Source: a virus (Duplodnaviria > Caudoviricetes). Taken from it: a DNA stretch of 64,000 nt. Location of the stretch: positions 96,001 to 160,000 of IMG/VR virus record IMGVR_UViG_3300030330_006619; one strand, written 5' to 3'. Every line of letters starts with the position of its first letter. Position 1 is the stretch's first letter. Below are positions 29,251 to 39,001 of the stretch, one piece after another. The position numbers and the translations under genes were made by a program. The notes below the pieces were generated by a model. It worked only from the letters and a program-made list of their open reading frames with translations, ran no database searches and was not told where the DNA came from.

Positions 29251-30183
29251 ATGGCTAAGTCCTCATTACAATTTTTAGAAAAAAGAAACGTAGACCTTTA
29301 CGATAGTGATTCGTATGCAATAAGGACTCTTGAAAAGCATGACTGTGGAAAGGTCGTTGTTTTAACGAACGCAAGGGGCCATACACTTACTTTACCTCCC
29401 GCGGCAACAGTTGGTGAAGGTTGGAACGTCAGATTTGTTGTTGGAGCAGTCCACTCTGATCGAAGCGTAAGGGATCTCACAACTATAGCCGCTCAGGGTT
29501 CCGAGACGGTTACCCTTACAGCAAGAAAAGTAGGAGGCACCCTCGCAGGCGGAGCCGCTTCAGCTAATGCAGATGCTATGGATACAGCTGGAATCAACCT
29601 CCGCGCCGCCGAAGGTCAGGACGAATTGACTAAGGAAGATTTTACAATTGTGGTTCCTGTCGCAGCCGGTGGAACTGGCACTACTTTTAGGTTCCTGCTT
29701 AAGGATGGCGATGCAGATCTAACAGCTGATAACTCAGCTGCTGGTCAATTTGAGATAAGCACGGAAAACCTGACTGATGCTGGCGTTGCCGGGCAAATAA
29801 TAGCCATTATCAATGGAGCCGCCGTGGCTGCCGGTGTTCGAGTCCCTGCCTCTGGAGAGGGCTCCACTAACGCTGTTGGCATCCAAGGCCTCACAGCTTC
29901 ACCTGGGACTAACGAGACCACAGAGATAGATTTAGCCGCATCACAACTCGGCGCTGCCGGAGACGGCATCACAGTTGCATACCATCACGGCGATCATACA
30001 GTTTCAACTGCAGACATAATTGGAGCTAACAACAGTATTACCCTAGCCGCCGGCGCAGATCGAACAGGGGTTTCTCTCGATACTCGCACTATTCAAATTA
30101 CCGAAGGTGCCACAGCTGGTGATCAAATCGAACTAGTTGTTGTCAACGGACAGTGGCAAGCAACATCACTTAGAGCTGAATAA
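29251..30183 (+). CDS. HDCG-family paralogue with a large internal insertion
   Basis: N- and C-termini match 28783..29199; an Ala/Gly/Thr-rich domain is inserted between them. Confidence 0.55.
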   Translation: MAKSSLQFLEKRNVDLYDSDSYAIRTLEKHDCGKVVVLTNARGHTLTLPPAATVGEGWNVRFVVGAVHSDRSVRDLTTIAAQGSETVTLTARKVGGTLAGGAASANADAMDTAGINLRAAEGQDELTKEDFTIVVPVAAGGTGTTFRFLLKDGDADLTADNSAAGQFEISTENLTDAGVAGQIIAIINGAAVAAGVRVPASGEGSTNAVGIQGLTASPGTNETTEIDLAASQLGAAGDGITVAYHHGDHTVSTADIIGANNSITLAAGADRTGVSLDTRTIQITEGATAGDQIELVVVNGQWQATSLRAE

Positions 30184-30197
30184 AGAAAGGGATCCCA

Positions 30198-30581
30198 ATG
30201 GGAAAACGTAGAAGAAAAATAAACAATCCAAAGTTTGCAACAAAGTTTGCAAAAACAAGAGAAACCTACCTTAGATTAAAAGGCATTATCACTGATACAG
30301 TAGAAGCAGCAGTTGACAATCTTACTGAAACTGTGGATACTGTTGTCGAAGAAATAAAAGAAACCTTCAAAGAACCAGAAACTAAGCCAAATGCTTTAAA
30401 GTTTATAAATGAAGATGAGATTTTGCAAGTAGAGGAACCAGCACCGGTAGTTGTGGAAAAGCCCAAGCCAAAAACAACAAGAAAAAAGACAACCACGAAA
30501 AAAACTACCTCAACAACACCAAAGAAAAGTACTACCTCAACGCGCAGAAGGCGAACCACCAAAACAAAATCGCAAGCCTAG
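30198..30581 (+). CDS. Small protein with basic termini (possible DNA-binding protein)
   Basis: Basic N-terminus, acidic middle, and a K/T/R-rich histone-H1-like tail. Confidence 0.45.
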   Translation: MGKRRRKINNPKFATKFAKTRETYLRLKGIITDTVEAAVDNLTETVDTVVEEIKETFKEPETKPNALKFINEDEILQVEEPAPVVVEKPKPKTTRKKTTTKKTTSTTPKKSTTSTRRRRTTKTKSQA

Positions 30582-30601
30582 GTTAAATCACCGGTCAAAT
30601 A

Positions 30602-30610
30602 ACTAGTTAT
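30602..30610 (+). promoter_or_regulatory. Putative late promoter ACTAGTTAT
   Basis: Intergenic motif about 30 nt upstream of the neck gene. Confidence 0.55.
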
Positions 30611-30641
30611 AGTGTTGAACTGTATTTAGCGAGGGATAAAA

Positions 30642-31904
30642 ATGTCTGCACCTGTTCTGACACCAAAGAGTACCTTATCTGCTGTCGTATTGCCTATTAC
30701 GGGCACAATCGGAAACGTAGATTCATCAGTACCATATAAAATATATTCAAGCGATGCTTCAAAATTATTTTCTTCTCACTTCTTGTCTGGCGCTGTCGAT
30801 CAAGTGTCTTATGTTTATAAGAAACTGGGCGGAGACATCCTTGATATTGAACTAACAGAAGGAAATGTATACACTGCATATGAAGAAGCAGTCCTAGAAT
30901 ACTCTTACCTGTTGAATATTCATCAAGCAACGAATATTTTGTCAGATGCTTTGGGAAACACAACCGGATCTTTTGATTCTAAAGGGACTCTTCAAGGCCC
31001 AATAACTTCTTCTGCCAATTTAAACGACACGCATGTTGCGCTCAAATATACAAAATTTGATTATGGTATGACCAGAAGAATCTCAGAAGGTGTCAGTGCA
31101 GAAATTGGATTAAATGGGTCTGTGCAATACAGCGCCTCTTTTGATGTGCAGGCAACTCAGCAGGATTATGACTTGCAGGCCATATTAGGTTCAGATCCTG
31201 TCCATGCGAGCCGAATTGCTGGCAAGAAGATCCTTATAAAGAAAGTCTTTTATAAGACACCACATGCGATGTGGAGATTTTTTGGTTATTATGGTGGAAT
31301 CAACACAGTGGGAAACTTGCACAACTATGGTCAATTTTCAGATGATTCAACTTTCCAATTAATACCTGCTTGGCACAATAAAGCTCAGGCAATGGCTTTT
31401 GAGGATGCAATCTATACAAGAACAGCACATTATTCTTATGAGCTAAGAAATAACAAACTTAGGATATTCCCAGCTCCGTATGTCGGTGGTCCAAACAAGT
31501 TTGTGGTAGAATATTCTGTCCCCGGTGATGCCTGGAACTCAGAGGATAAACAAACTAATGGTGTGAATAACATGAATACTCTGCCAATTGGCAATCTACC
31601 ATTTGAAAATATAAACTCTATCGGTAAGCAGTGGATCCGGAGATTCGCTTTGTCTTTATGTAAAGAAATATTGGGCCAAGTAAGATCAAAATTTAATAAT
31701 GTTCCTATTCCGGGTCAGTCCGTAACCTTAAACGGCTCCGCACTCTTGTCGGAAGCTAAGGCAGAACAAACTGCTCTAAGAGATGAGTTGAAAGCTACAT
31801 TAGCAGAGCTAACATACGCTAAACTGGCAGAACAAGATGCAGGCATGCTAGAAAATACACAAAAGGTTTTGGAGAAGATTCCATACAACATATATGTGGG
31901 GTAA
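30642..31904 (+). CDS. Neck protein (T4 gp13-like)
   Basis: LGG...IEL at the N-terminus; WIRRFALSLCKEILGQVRSKF..PIPG..VTLNG..L..EA at the C-terminus. Confidence 0.85.
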   Translation: MSAPVLTPKSTLSAVVLPITGTIGNVDSSVPYKIYSSDASKLFSSHFLSGAVDQVSYVYKKLGGDILDIELTEGNVYTAYEEAVLEYSYLLNIHQATNILSDALGNTTGSFDSKGTLQGPITSSANLNDTHVALKYTKFDYGMTRRISEGVSAEIGLNGSVQYSASFDVQATQQDYDLQAILGSDPVHASRIAGKKILIKKVFYKTPHAMWRFFGYYGGINTVGNLHNYGQFSDDSTFQLIPAWHNKAQAMAFEDAIYTRTAHYSYELRNNKLRIFPAPYVGGPNKFVVEYSVPGDAWNSEDKQTNGVNNMNTLPIGNLPFENINSIGKQWIRRFALSLCKEILGQVRSKFNNVPIPGQSVTLNGSALLSEAKAEQTALRDELKATLAELTYAKLAEQDAGMLENTQKVLEKIPYNIYVG

Positions 31905-31909
31905 TATAA

Positions 31910-32398
31910 ATGTCAGATGATAATAATTGGAAACAGCCCGACAGCCCACCGCCTCCACTTTTTTTGGGGAAGAAGGAAAAAGATCTTGTCAAGCAAGTAA
32001 ATGATGAGGTTATTGAGCGAGTTGTAGGCCAGACAATAGTTTATTACCCTATAAGCCTGGAGCATACTAACTTTCATGATCTTTACGGTGAAGCGGTCGA
32101 TAAAACCTTTCTAGATCCAATTAGAGTTTATGCTATGGTTAAGTGGAATTCGCAAAACACAACGACGACCCCTTTGGGTGTTGACAGGATAGAAAAGATT
32201 AGTGTCTCTTTTCACAAAAGAAGGCTAGTGGAAGACCAGGACTTATTTGTAAGAGAGGGTGATTTTGTTCAGTATGGAGAAAATTTTTATGAGATCCTAA
32301 ATCTTACAGAGCCGATATGGCTGTACGGACAAGTTGAGTCAAGTTTTGAAATAAACGCAGAATGTATAAGAGCAAGAGAGGGACTGTTTAATGTCTGA
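31910..32398 (+). CDS. Neck/head closure protein (gp14-like)
   Basis: GQTIVYY...DLYGE...EGDF...FYEI pattern and synteny. Confidence 0.7.
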   Translation: MSDDNNWKQPDSPPPPLFLGKKEKDLVKQVNDEVIERVVGQTIVYYPISLEHTNFHDLYGEAVDKTFLDPIRVYAMVKWNSQNTTTTPLGVDRIEKISVSFHKRRLVEDQDLFVREGDFVQYGENFYEILNLTEPIWLYGQVESSFEINAECIRAREGLFNV

Positions 32399-33215
32399 AG
32401 AAACTGACATAAAAGAGAAAATCTATTTTGAGGCTTCTACTGTGGAGACGATAGATAGATCTTTGTATGATTACATATCGAATTTGAAACTTTCTGTGGG
32501 CACGAACGAGGGTGCAAAAATTGTTCCTGTTTTGTGGGGCACGTCTGAGCGTTCATTTTTAGCTAAAAACAATAAAGAAGCGAGAGATAAACAAGGAACT
32601 CTAAAGTTTCCAATTATCTCTATAAAAAGGACTTCTTTATCAAAGCCTCAAGCATCCCCAGGAGTCTTTATAGGTAATGTCTTTGAGGAGCCAGACAATA
32701 AAGGGGGCTCTTTAGAGGTCAGTAGAGTAATACATCAAGAAAAAACTTCAGTTTTCTCAGCAGCAGACAACAAAAGACTCACTGGTCAAGAAAACTACCC
32801 TAGAGAAAATAAAAAAATAGTTTACAGAACCGTTTCCGCTCCTATGCCAGTAAATGTTTCATTGACTTACGAAATAAATATAAGAACTGAATATCAGCAG
32901 CATATGAATGAATTAATATTGCCGTTCATAACTATACCTGGAACTGTGAACTATATACCATTAAAATACAGGTCCCACATTTATGAAGCATTTATACAGG
33001 GAGACTTTCAAAGTGGTGATAACTTGGCAGATTACTCTTCAGATGAAAGAAAATTTGAAACAAAAATAACAGTAAAAGTCGTAGGGTATCTTGTGGGTCA
33101 AGGAAATAATAGAGAAAAGCCTCACTTTTCAATAAGAGAAAATTTTGTAGAAATTAAGATTCCCAAAGAAAGAACGATGATCGACCCTGAAGAATTAAAA
33201 AAATACGGCCTTTAA
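32391..33215 (+). CDS. Tail terminator/sheath stabiliser (gp15-like)
   Basis: VPVLWG..ER, FPIISIKR and PVNVSLTYEINI pattern, plus synteny. Confidence 0.7.
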   Translation: MSEETDIKEKIYFEASTVETIDRSLYDYISNLKLSVGTNEGAKIVPVLWGTSERSFLAKNNKEARDKQGTLKFPIISIKRTSLSKPQASPGVFIGNVFEEPDNKGGSLEVSRVIHQEKTSVFSAADNKRLTGQENYPRENKKIVYRTVSAPMPVNVSLTYEINIRTEYQQHMNELILPFITIPGTVNYIPLKYRSHIYEAFIQGDFQSGDNLADYSSDERKFETKITVKVVGYLVGQGNNREKPHFSIRENFVEIKIPKERTMIDPEELKKYGL

Positions 33216-33282
33216 AAATCTAAAAAAATATAATAAAATATACTTGCTTGTAAGATAAACATAAAATGAAAGGATAAAACAA

Positions 33283-33678
33283 GTGCCAAAGAAAAAAAGT
33301 AATACAGAAGAGAATACACAAACTCTCACAGAAACAGTAGTAAATGAGACAACAGAAGAGACAACAGAAGAGACAACAGAAGAGTCTAATTCAAGAACAG
33401 ACTCCGTAATTGAAATACCATGGGATAAAGCAAGACCTATTTATGAAAATAAGAAGTCTCTAGTGGAACTTGAAGATTATTTTTCTTCAATGTTGTTGAG
33501 TTTTGAAAAAAGAAAGATAAAAATTCTAAACGACATTTCAACTCTGGAAAGAAATTTATATTTTTCAGCAGAACAATTAAGAGAAAACATGAATATAGAC
33601 GCTGGACTGACATATGAGTTAAAAATCCCTGATTCTCCTAAAGAAAAAGCATATTTTCTTAGAAAAGACGACCAATAA
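33283..33678 (+). CDS. Hypothetical protein
   Basis: 131-aa ORF, GTG start behind AAGGA. Confidence 0.5.
   Translation: MPKKKSNTEENTQTLTETVVNETTEETTEETTEESNSRTDSVIEIPWDKARPIYENKKSLVELEDYFSSMLLSFEKRKIKILNDISTLERNLYFSAEQLRENMNIDAGLTYELKIPDSPKEKAYFLRKDDQ
33346..33384 (+). repeat. 12-bp tandem repeat GAGACAACAGAA x3 (encodes ETTE)
   Basis: Three exact copies read directly from the sequence. Confidence 0.85.
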
Positions 33679-33681
33679 AAG

Positions 33682-33690
33682 ACTACTTAT
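33682..33690 (+). promoter_or_regulatory. Putative late promoter ACTACTTAT
   Basis: Intergenic motif upstream of the DUF5659-like gene and the giant fibre. Confidence 0.55.
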
Positions 33691-33723
33691 AAAAGAAGAT
33701 ACTGCAAATTGGAGATTTTTAGA

Positions 33724-33936
33724 ATGTTTACGACTAGTGATATTGGCATCGCCGCCTATTTACAACTCAAGGGCTTTAAGTTGAAAGAGTGTAAAAGGCT
33801 TGAGACGGGAAAATTTCACTTTAGTTTTGAAGATCCAGACTCAGAGTGTCAATCTCTAGCTATTGAATTTTTAGATTCAGATTTTTGTAAGTTCGATAAT
33901 AATGTTAGAAACCTTAAAAAGATCCTTTTTTCTTAA
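33724..33936 (+). CDS. DUF5659-like small protein
   Basis: FTTSDIGIAAYL..KGF.L.......F.F.F pattern; GGAG RBS before ATG 33724. Confidence 0.55.
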   Translation: MFTTSDIGIAAYLQLKGFKLKECKRLETGKFHFSFEDPDSECQSLAIEFLDSDFCKFDNNVRNLKKILFS

Positions 33937-34058
33937 TTTAATCCTAAATTAGTTTGCGTTTGTTAATAAAATAATACCTTATATTTGTCATATTTTTAGT
34001 TTTTAGTTTTTTATAAGAAGAACTTTTGTTTTAAAAGAAACAACAAAAGGAGATAATT

Positions 34059-37000
34059 ATGGCAAATGTAACTTTTTACGTAGGTGTACCTAACGGACAG
34101 TCAGGCACTTACAAATTATATCATTCAGACAATCAGTACGCTTCAAGTACGTCTGGAATGACCTTGTTAGGCACTCTTACGACTACCTTTCAGTCATTCA
34201 CTGTTGATGATGCACGCTTTCTTTATGTTGCACAGGATTCAAATACCACTCCGATTCCAATATATCAGGTTGGTCTAGGTTATCGCCAATCAGCAATACC
34301 CATCAGCTCTAGAATAGAGTCAACTGGTAACTATGTTGTGAACACTGGTCAGATATCTAGTATATCCGGTGCATCATCGAATGCCTGGATACGGTTCCTA
34401 CCGGACCCAGGTAACCCATCCGGAGGCGGCGCAGCTTCAGCAATAGCAACCAGTTATGAGTTTAAGTTAACTACTGATAATTCAGGAAATGAAAAGGCGC
34501 AGGCATTTGGTATTTACCAATCCGGCAGCAGTACATATGTACCGTCGGCCCAAACCTTTTCGGCAGTCGCTTCTGCATCTGTGGACACGACATTTCCTGC
34601 AACTGTCACGTCAGGTTCTGAGACGTATGCTCTTTATTCTATAAAATTATACAATGAAGACGACGCCCCAGCATATCCATCGGCTGTTCCATCGAACAAT
34701 AATTACTTAACAGTATTACCAAATATTGCTACAGCTTCAATGGAACACGGAACAGGTACAGTTGATCAGACCTTGCCCGCACAGGCCGGCCAGGTAACAT
34801 TGACTTTCAGTTCAGGTACAGTCTCAACAACTCCAGCTGGAAATTATTCTAGAACTCATGATTATCAGCCGGGCTATCCTTCTGGTTCTTACCAGACTTT
34901 ATCTGGTATTCAGTTGAATACTGCTAATGGAGGCATTGCCTTTAACCTAAAGAGTGATGGCGGTGTTGGTAACACATCTGATTTCTGGGCGTCTAGCGTT
35001 GTGAATGTAGAAATGGGCACTCCAACAGATTGGAGAGACGTTTTTACGGCATTTTTTAATGCCATTAACGCAAAGGGCTCAACTGGTACTGGCGACTTTG
35101 GCGCCATTTCAAAGACAGATCCCGGTAGTGTAAGTGGTACTGGTACAATAACTATAAATTATGCTAATGCATCGGTCCCAGTCGGTGGTACTAAGCACGG
35201 CATGCAGGGTTATAACAATGATAACTTACCGATATTAAAAGAAAGCAGTGGTGTCAAGCCTTTAAATAACAAGGTAACCGGTAGCTTTGGCAGAGAAGCT
35301 GTGGCTACTTATGCTTTTGGCCTGTCAGGCAATACACTAGAGACCTCAAGCGAGACACCTTTGGCAGATTCAATTGTTGAGAATGTCAACGCTTCCGGAA
35401 GCACAATCCAAGCCGGTGGTGTTTCTGGATCTTTAGCTAAAGCCACACTTGAAATACCTGCTGGTGCTCTTAGTAGCAACGTTCAAGTTGGGCTTAACCT
35501 AACTTCAGAGGGTAACCCGAGAATAAACGGCCTCCTCAGGCACAATATGATCAAGAACCCAGTTAAGTATTCAAGTGTAGTTAGTTTAACACCTCACGGG
35601 CAAACTTTTGATTCCGCGGTTACTATTAAGTTTAAGTTAACCGGCTCTTATGCCAGCTCTTGTCCTACAGACTTGAAAATTTTCAAATCTAGAGATGATA
35701 GTGGCTTTTGGTATGAGTTGCCTAGTGATAAGTGGTCATGTTCGTCAGGTCAAATTACTATAAACACAACAGAATTTAGCCGTTATCAAGCGGTAGGAGG
35801 TACATTAATGAGTCAATTTACAAGAATAGACGATACCCAGTTGAAGAAGATTACAACTGCGGCAAAACTAGAAACGCAGGCGATTGATATTACGGGCTCT
35901 GCAGTCCAGTCGTCCCTTTCCGGACCGGACCGCTTTATTGTCCAATCAGTCGGCGGCGTAGCAAAATCGGTTTCTGCATCCGTAATGCAGGATTTCTTTT
36001 CGGCCGTCGACGTCGATGTCGTCGGATCCGGAATATCAAGCACATTCCGCTTGGTTATGGCTTCTGGTTCTTCCGGGAACCTAGAAGGCACAAGCTTGGG
36101 CATGGATAATGAGTTAACTTATGCCCCTGGTACCGACACGTTGACTGTTGGAACAGTTAGCGCAACAGCGCTTTCAGCATCAGGTCAGCTTAACGTCGGC
36201 CAAGGCGCTAACATTGACGGCGCATTAGACGTAGATAGTACTCTAAATGTAGCAGGAGCAGCAACTTTTCAAAGTTCTGTCGCAGCTGCAAGCCTTTCTG
36301 CCTCTGGTGATCTTAACATTGGTGGAGCAGCAAACATTGACGGCGCTGTAGATCTTGATGGCGCACTGACTGTTGAAGGCCTTGCAAATCTGAAGGGCAG
36401 CGTTGATTTGGGTGATGCAACGTCAGATACTATTACGGTTACAGGCCGATTCGATTCAGCCCTTGTGCCAAGTAGTGATAACGCCCGTGATTTAGGTGCT
36501 TCTTCGCTTCAGTGGAAAGATCTCTATATCAACGGACAGGCACACATTGATGCTCTTGGTCAGGCACTTGATGCAAACTCACAGAATATCACTAGTGTCA
36601 ATAACCTTCAGTCAACTTACTTGACTGCATCGCATGCACAGATTACAAATCTTGATGTTACAAATATCAACTCAATCACCCAAACGGAAACAACTCTTGA
36701 AGTTGTTGATAAGTTAATTATTGCAGCATCTGGCTCTGCATCTGCAGCAGCTGACGGTGGTGGTCTGCAAATCGGTGGTGATGCAACCAATGCAGACACA
36801 GTGGCATCTTTTAAGTACTCTCATTCTGGAACCAAGATGCTTGGTAAGATTGCTGGTGTCGAGGTCGTCGCCATCCGTCCTGCACAATTTGATGTTGTCG
36901 GTGGTATTTCTGGCTCCGGTGATCTCAACGTTGGCGGAGCAGCAAATATTGATGGAGCCCTCGATGTTGACAGCACACTAAATGTTGCTGGAGCAGCTAC

Positions 37001-38852
37001 AATGGCAGCAGTAGGCGCCGCAAGCCTTTCAGCTTCTGGTGATCTCAACGTTGGTGGAGCAGCAAATATCGATGGAGCCCTCGATGTCGATAGTACACTA
37101 AATGTTGCTGGAGCAGCTACAATGGCTGCTGTTTCTGCCGCAAGCCTCTCGGCCTCAGGCGATCTCAACATCGGTGGCGCAGCTAATGTTGATGGTGCAC
37201 TTGACGTTGACAGCACTCTAAATGTCGCCGGCGCAGCCACAATGGCAGCTGTTGGTGCCGCAAGCCTTTCGGCCTCTGGTGATCTAAATATCGGTGGAGC
37301 AGCTAACATTGATGGAGCAGTAGATATGGACAGCACTCTTACAGTCGCTGGTGCATTCTTCGGCGCAGCAATATCTGGGTCTGGCGACTTGAATATCGGT
37401 GGTGCTGCTAACATTGACGGTGCTCTGGACGTTGATAGTACACTTAACGTTGCTGGTGCTGCTACCATGGCAGCTGTCGCAGCTTCGAGTCTCTCGGCTT
37501 CCGGTGACCTCAACATTGGCGGCAACGCTAACATAGATGGTGCTGTTGATCTTGATGGAGCATTAACTGTAGAGGGCCTTGGAAAGCTAAATGGTGATGT
37601 TGATTTAGGTAGTGCCACATCTGACACCATTACGGCTACTGGTCGTTTTGACTCGGATCTTGTGCCTTCTACAGACAGCGCTCGCGCTCTTGGTACTTCG
37701 GCCCTTCAGTGGTCTGCAGCACATGTCGACGTAGGGCACATTGACCAACTTGGATCAGCCCTCGACGCGAACTCACAGAATATCACTGGTGTTAGCCACT
37801 TGGGCACAACCCATTTGACTGCTTCGCATGCGAAGATCACTAACCTTGATGTTACAAATATTAATTCTGTAACTCAGACTGAAACAACACTTGAGGTTGT
37901 TGATAAACTGATTATCGCAGCATCTGGTTCTGCATCTGCAGCAGCCGATGGCGGTGGTTTGCAGATTGGTGGCGACGCAACAAATGCGGATACTGTTGCA
38001 TCATTATTGTACTCTCACTCTGGAACCAAGATCCTTGGTAAAATTGCCGGAACAGAAGTTGTTGCAATTCGCCCTGCACAGTTTGACGTTGTTGGTGGAA
38101 TATCCGGATCAGGTGACTTGAATGTTGGCGGAGCAGCAAACATTGATGGAGCACTTGATGTTGACAGCACACTGAATGTCGCGGGAGTAGCCACAATGGC
38201 TGCAGTAAATGCTGCTGCAATCACTGCAACTAGTCTTTCATCTTCTGGTGTACTTAACGTTGGCCAGGGTGCGAACATTGACGGTGCAGTAGATATTGAC
38301 AGTACTCTAAATGTTGCTGGAGCCGCCACTATGGCAGCCGTTGGTGCAACGAGTCTGTCTGCCTCTACCACTCTCCAAGTCGGCGGTGCAGCAACATTCG
38401 GTAATGAGTCTGTAACGTTTAAGTCTCTTGCAGACTTGACAAACAGTACTGTCGCCCACGGTGACAAGCTTATTATTCAAGATGCGGATCAATCTGGGGT
38501 TGCTAAAGAGATTACTCTTAACCACATCGCTGCATTCATGGCTGGATCCGGACTTAAGTCGACAAATGGTGTGTTATCACTAGATACAATCTCAGATGTC
38601 GCTATGGCATCAAGCCGGAATTCTATATTGTCTGCAAATGGATTAACAGCATCCTTGAGCCAAGAGCCACTTGATGCTGCATCTGTTCAGGTTTATAGAA
38701 ACGGTGTATTGCAACTTAGTTCTGGATCGGTCTCAGATTACTACGATTATCAGTATGATAGCAGTGGTGGATCGAATGGACAGGTCAAGTTTAGAACTGC
38801 AATTGCAAATGCTGATATAATGCAGATCCGATACATCAAGAAGAATGACTAG
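34059..38852 (+). CDS. Giant repetitive fibre/virion protein: N-terminal module, ZU5-like domain, 40-aa repeats, C-terminal attachment-like domain
   Basis: 1597 aa. LEIPAGAL...SVVSLTPHGQTFDSAVTI...TEFS is ZU5-like; about 10 GDLNIGGAANIDGALDVDSTLNVAG repeats; C-terminal VQVYRNGVLQ...DY. Confidence 0.7.
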   Translation: MANVTFYVGVPNGQSGTYKLYHSDNQYASSTSGMTLLGTLTTTFQSFTVDDARFLYVAQDSNTTPIPIYQVGLGYRQSAIPISSRIESTGNYVVNTGQISSISGASSNAWIRFLPDPGNPSGGGAASAIATSYEFKLTTDNSGNEKAQAFGIYQSGSSTYVPSAQTFSAVASASVDTTFPATVTSGSETYALYSIKLYNEDDAPAYPSAVPSNNNYLTVLPNIATASMEHGTGTVDQTLPAQAGQVTLTFSSGTVSTTPAGNYSRTHDYQPGYPSGSYQTLSGIQLNTANGGIAFNLKSDGGVGNTSDFWASSVVNVEMGTPTDWRDVFTAFFNAINAKGSTGTGDFGAISKTDPGSVSGTGTITINYANASVPVGGTKHGMQGYNNDNLPILKESSGVKPLNNKVTGSFGREAVATYAFGLSGNTLETSSETPLADSIVENVNASGSTIQAGGVSGSLAKATLEIPAGALSSNVQVGLNLTSEGNPRINGLLRHNMIKNPVKYSSVVSLTPHGQTFDSAVTIKFKLTGSYASSCPTDLKIFKSRDDSGFWYELPSDKWSCSSGQITINTTEFSRYQAVGGTLMSQFTRIDDTQLKKITTAAKLETQAIDITGSAVQSSLSGPDRFIVQSVGGVAKSVSASVMQDFFSAVDVDVVGSGISSTFRLVMASGSSGNLEGTSLGMDNELTYAPGTDTLTVGTVSATALSASGQLNVGQGANIDGALDVDSTLNVAGAATFQSSVAAASLSASGDLNIGGAANIDGAVDLDGALTVEGLANLKGSVDLGDATSDTITVTGRFDSALVPSSDNARDLGASSLQWKDLYINGQAHIDALGQALDANSQNITSVNNLQSTYLTASHAQITNLDVTNINSITQTETTLEVVDKLIIAASGSASAAADGGGLQIGGDATNADTVASFKYSHSGTKMLGKIAGVEVVAIRPAQFDVVGGISGSGDLNVGGAANIDGALDVDSTLNVAGAATMAAVGAASLSASGDLNVGGAANIDGALDVDSTLNVAGAATMAAVSAASLSASGDLNIGGAANVDGALDVDSTLNVAGAATMAAVGAASLSASGDLNIGGAANIDGAVDMDSTLTVAGAFFGAAISGSGDLNIGGAANIDGALDVDSTLNVAGAATMAAVAASSLSASGDLNIGGNANIDGAVDLDGALTVEGLGKLNGDVDLGSATSDTITATGRFDSDLVPSTDSARALGTSALQWSAAHVDVGHIDQLGSALDANSQNITGVSHLGTTHLTASHAKITNLDVTNINSVTQTETTLEVVDKLIIAASGSASAAADGGGLQIGGDATNADTVASLLYSHSGTKILGKIAGTEVVAIRPAQFDVVGGISGSGDLNVGGAANIDGALDVDSTLNVAGVATMAAVNAAAITATSLSSSGVLNVGQGANIDGAVDIDSTLNVAGAATMAAVGATSLSASTTLQVGGAATFGNESVTFKSLADLTNSTVAHGDKLIIQDADQSGVAKEITLNHIAAFMAGSGLKSTNGVLSLDTISDVAMASSRNSILSANGLTASLSQEPLDAASVQVYRNGVLQLSSGSVSDYYDYQYDSSGGSNGQVKFRTAIANADIMQIRYIKKND
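36170..38400 (+). repeat. 120-bp (40-aa) tandem repeats nested in a ~0.7-kb duplication offset by 1197 bp
   Basis: Repeat registers at 36921, 37041, 37161 and 37281. The block DLDGALTVEGL...AIRPAQFDVVGG starts at 36351 and again at 37548. Confidence 0.85.
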
Positions 38853-38890
38853 TAGTCGCTTTTCTTGCCTGTGAATTAACCCTCCCTATC

Positions 38891-38923
38891 AGCCCGGGCA
38901 CCTCGCCCGGGCTTTCCTTTTTT
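38891..38923 (+). terminator. Intrinsic terminator after the giant fibre gene
   Basis: AGCCCGGGC-acctc-GCCCGGGCT followed by a T tract. Confidence 0.85.
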
Positions 38924-38949
38924 ATTTTATTCCATTGGATTTAGAAAAA

Positions 38950-38958
38950 ACTATTTAT
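38950..38958 (+). promoter_or_regulatory. Putative late promoter ACTATTTAT
   Basis: After the terminator, upstream of the sheath gene. Confidence 0.65.
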
Positions 38959-39001
38959 TAAGTAAAATAACATTTATTTGTTCCGAAAAGGAGAATTAAA
39001 T

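Noticed and set aside
36170-38400. Regular 120-bp repeats as a possible CRISPR array or DGR template/variable pair
   Set aside because: The repeats are in-frame coding units that vary at synonymous sites, with no unique spacers, no adenine-specific pattern, and no reverse transcriptase or cas gene in the window.
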